Shown here piece by piece: positions 19,808 to 20,000 of a DNA stretch of 20,000 nt (its first letter is position 1; every line of letters starts with the position of its first letter). Under the pieces are notes generated by a model that saw nothing but the letters and a program-made list of their open reading frames with translations, was not told the DNA's origin and made no database searches. Source of the stretch: Rhizaria sp. SCN 62-66 (taxonomy: Eukaryota); contig MEDY01000127.1 of the NCBI GenBank assembly GCA_001724265.1, positions 49,260 through 69,259 of the forward strand, given 5' to 3'. The translations under genes and the position numbers were made by a program.

Positions 19808-20000
19808 TTAGGTCATGGTGCAAGCAGCCTTAGTGACGGAGGCAAGAATAATGCCAATAATGAGGCCGTAGAGACCGAGGGCTTCGGCGAAAATGAGAAT
19901 GAGGACCATGGGGACGTAGAGCTTCTCGTGCTGGCCGGAGGCGCGGACACCGGAGTCACCGATGATACCAATGGCGAGGCCGGCAGCGAGGGAAGAGAGA
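19808..20000 (-). CDS. V-type H+-ATPase 16-kDa proteolipid subunit c, 3' part (runs off the window; absent from the ORF track)
   Basis: Manual translation [63 protein letters not shown] contains the hallmark [15 protein letters not shown] with the proton-carrying Glu. Stop TAA 19810-19808. Confidence 0.95.
   Translation of the reverse strand, partial: LSSLAAGLAIGIIGDSGVRASGQHEKLYVPMVLILIFAEALGLYGLIIGIILASVTKAACTMT

Noticed and set aside
1-20000. tRNA (including a CUA-anticodon tRNA), rRNA, snoRNA, CRISPR arrays or transposons
   Set aside because: None recognised by eye: no cloverleaf, repeat-spacer array, terminal repeats or transposase/RT motifs. tRNAscan-SE and Infernal would be needed to exclude small RNAs.

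Overview
Gene-dense eukaryotic (protist-like) nuclear DNA with GC-rich exons, AT/pyrimidine-rich spacers and short GT-AG spliceosomal introns, mostly with GTACGY donors. Eight protein-coding genes are supportable: an ABC1/UbiB (ADCK2/Cqd1-like) atypical kinase (65-4249 +), a ~1190-aa low-complexity hypothetical protein (4394-7966 -), a small putatively mitochondrial protein (~10025/10119-10517 -), a divergent U2AF large-subunit-like protein (11114-13060 +), an ICL1-type centrin (13292-13968 +), FolD (14756-16493 -), a stand-alone OvoA-C-terminal-like methyltransferase (17690-19201 +) and the 3' end of V-ATPase subunit c (19808-20000 -). The main result is a probable non-standard nuclear genetic code. 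The first two genes are each one continuous reading frame interrupted only by in-frame TAG codons (six in total). One lies inside a conserved kinase motif and one inside a CAG-encoded poly-Gln run. Every gene ends in TAA or TGA, never TAG. This points to UAG being a sense codon, most likely Gln, with UAA still a stop, which is a rare decoupling of the two codons. All family assignments are from recalled motifs, not database searches.
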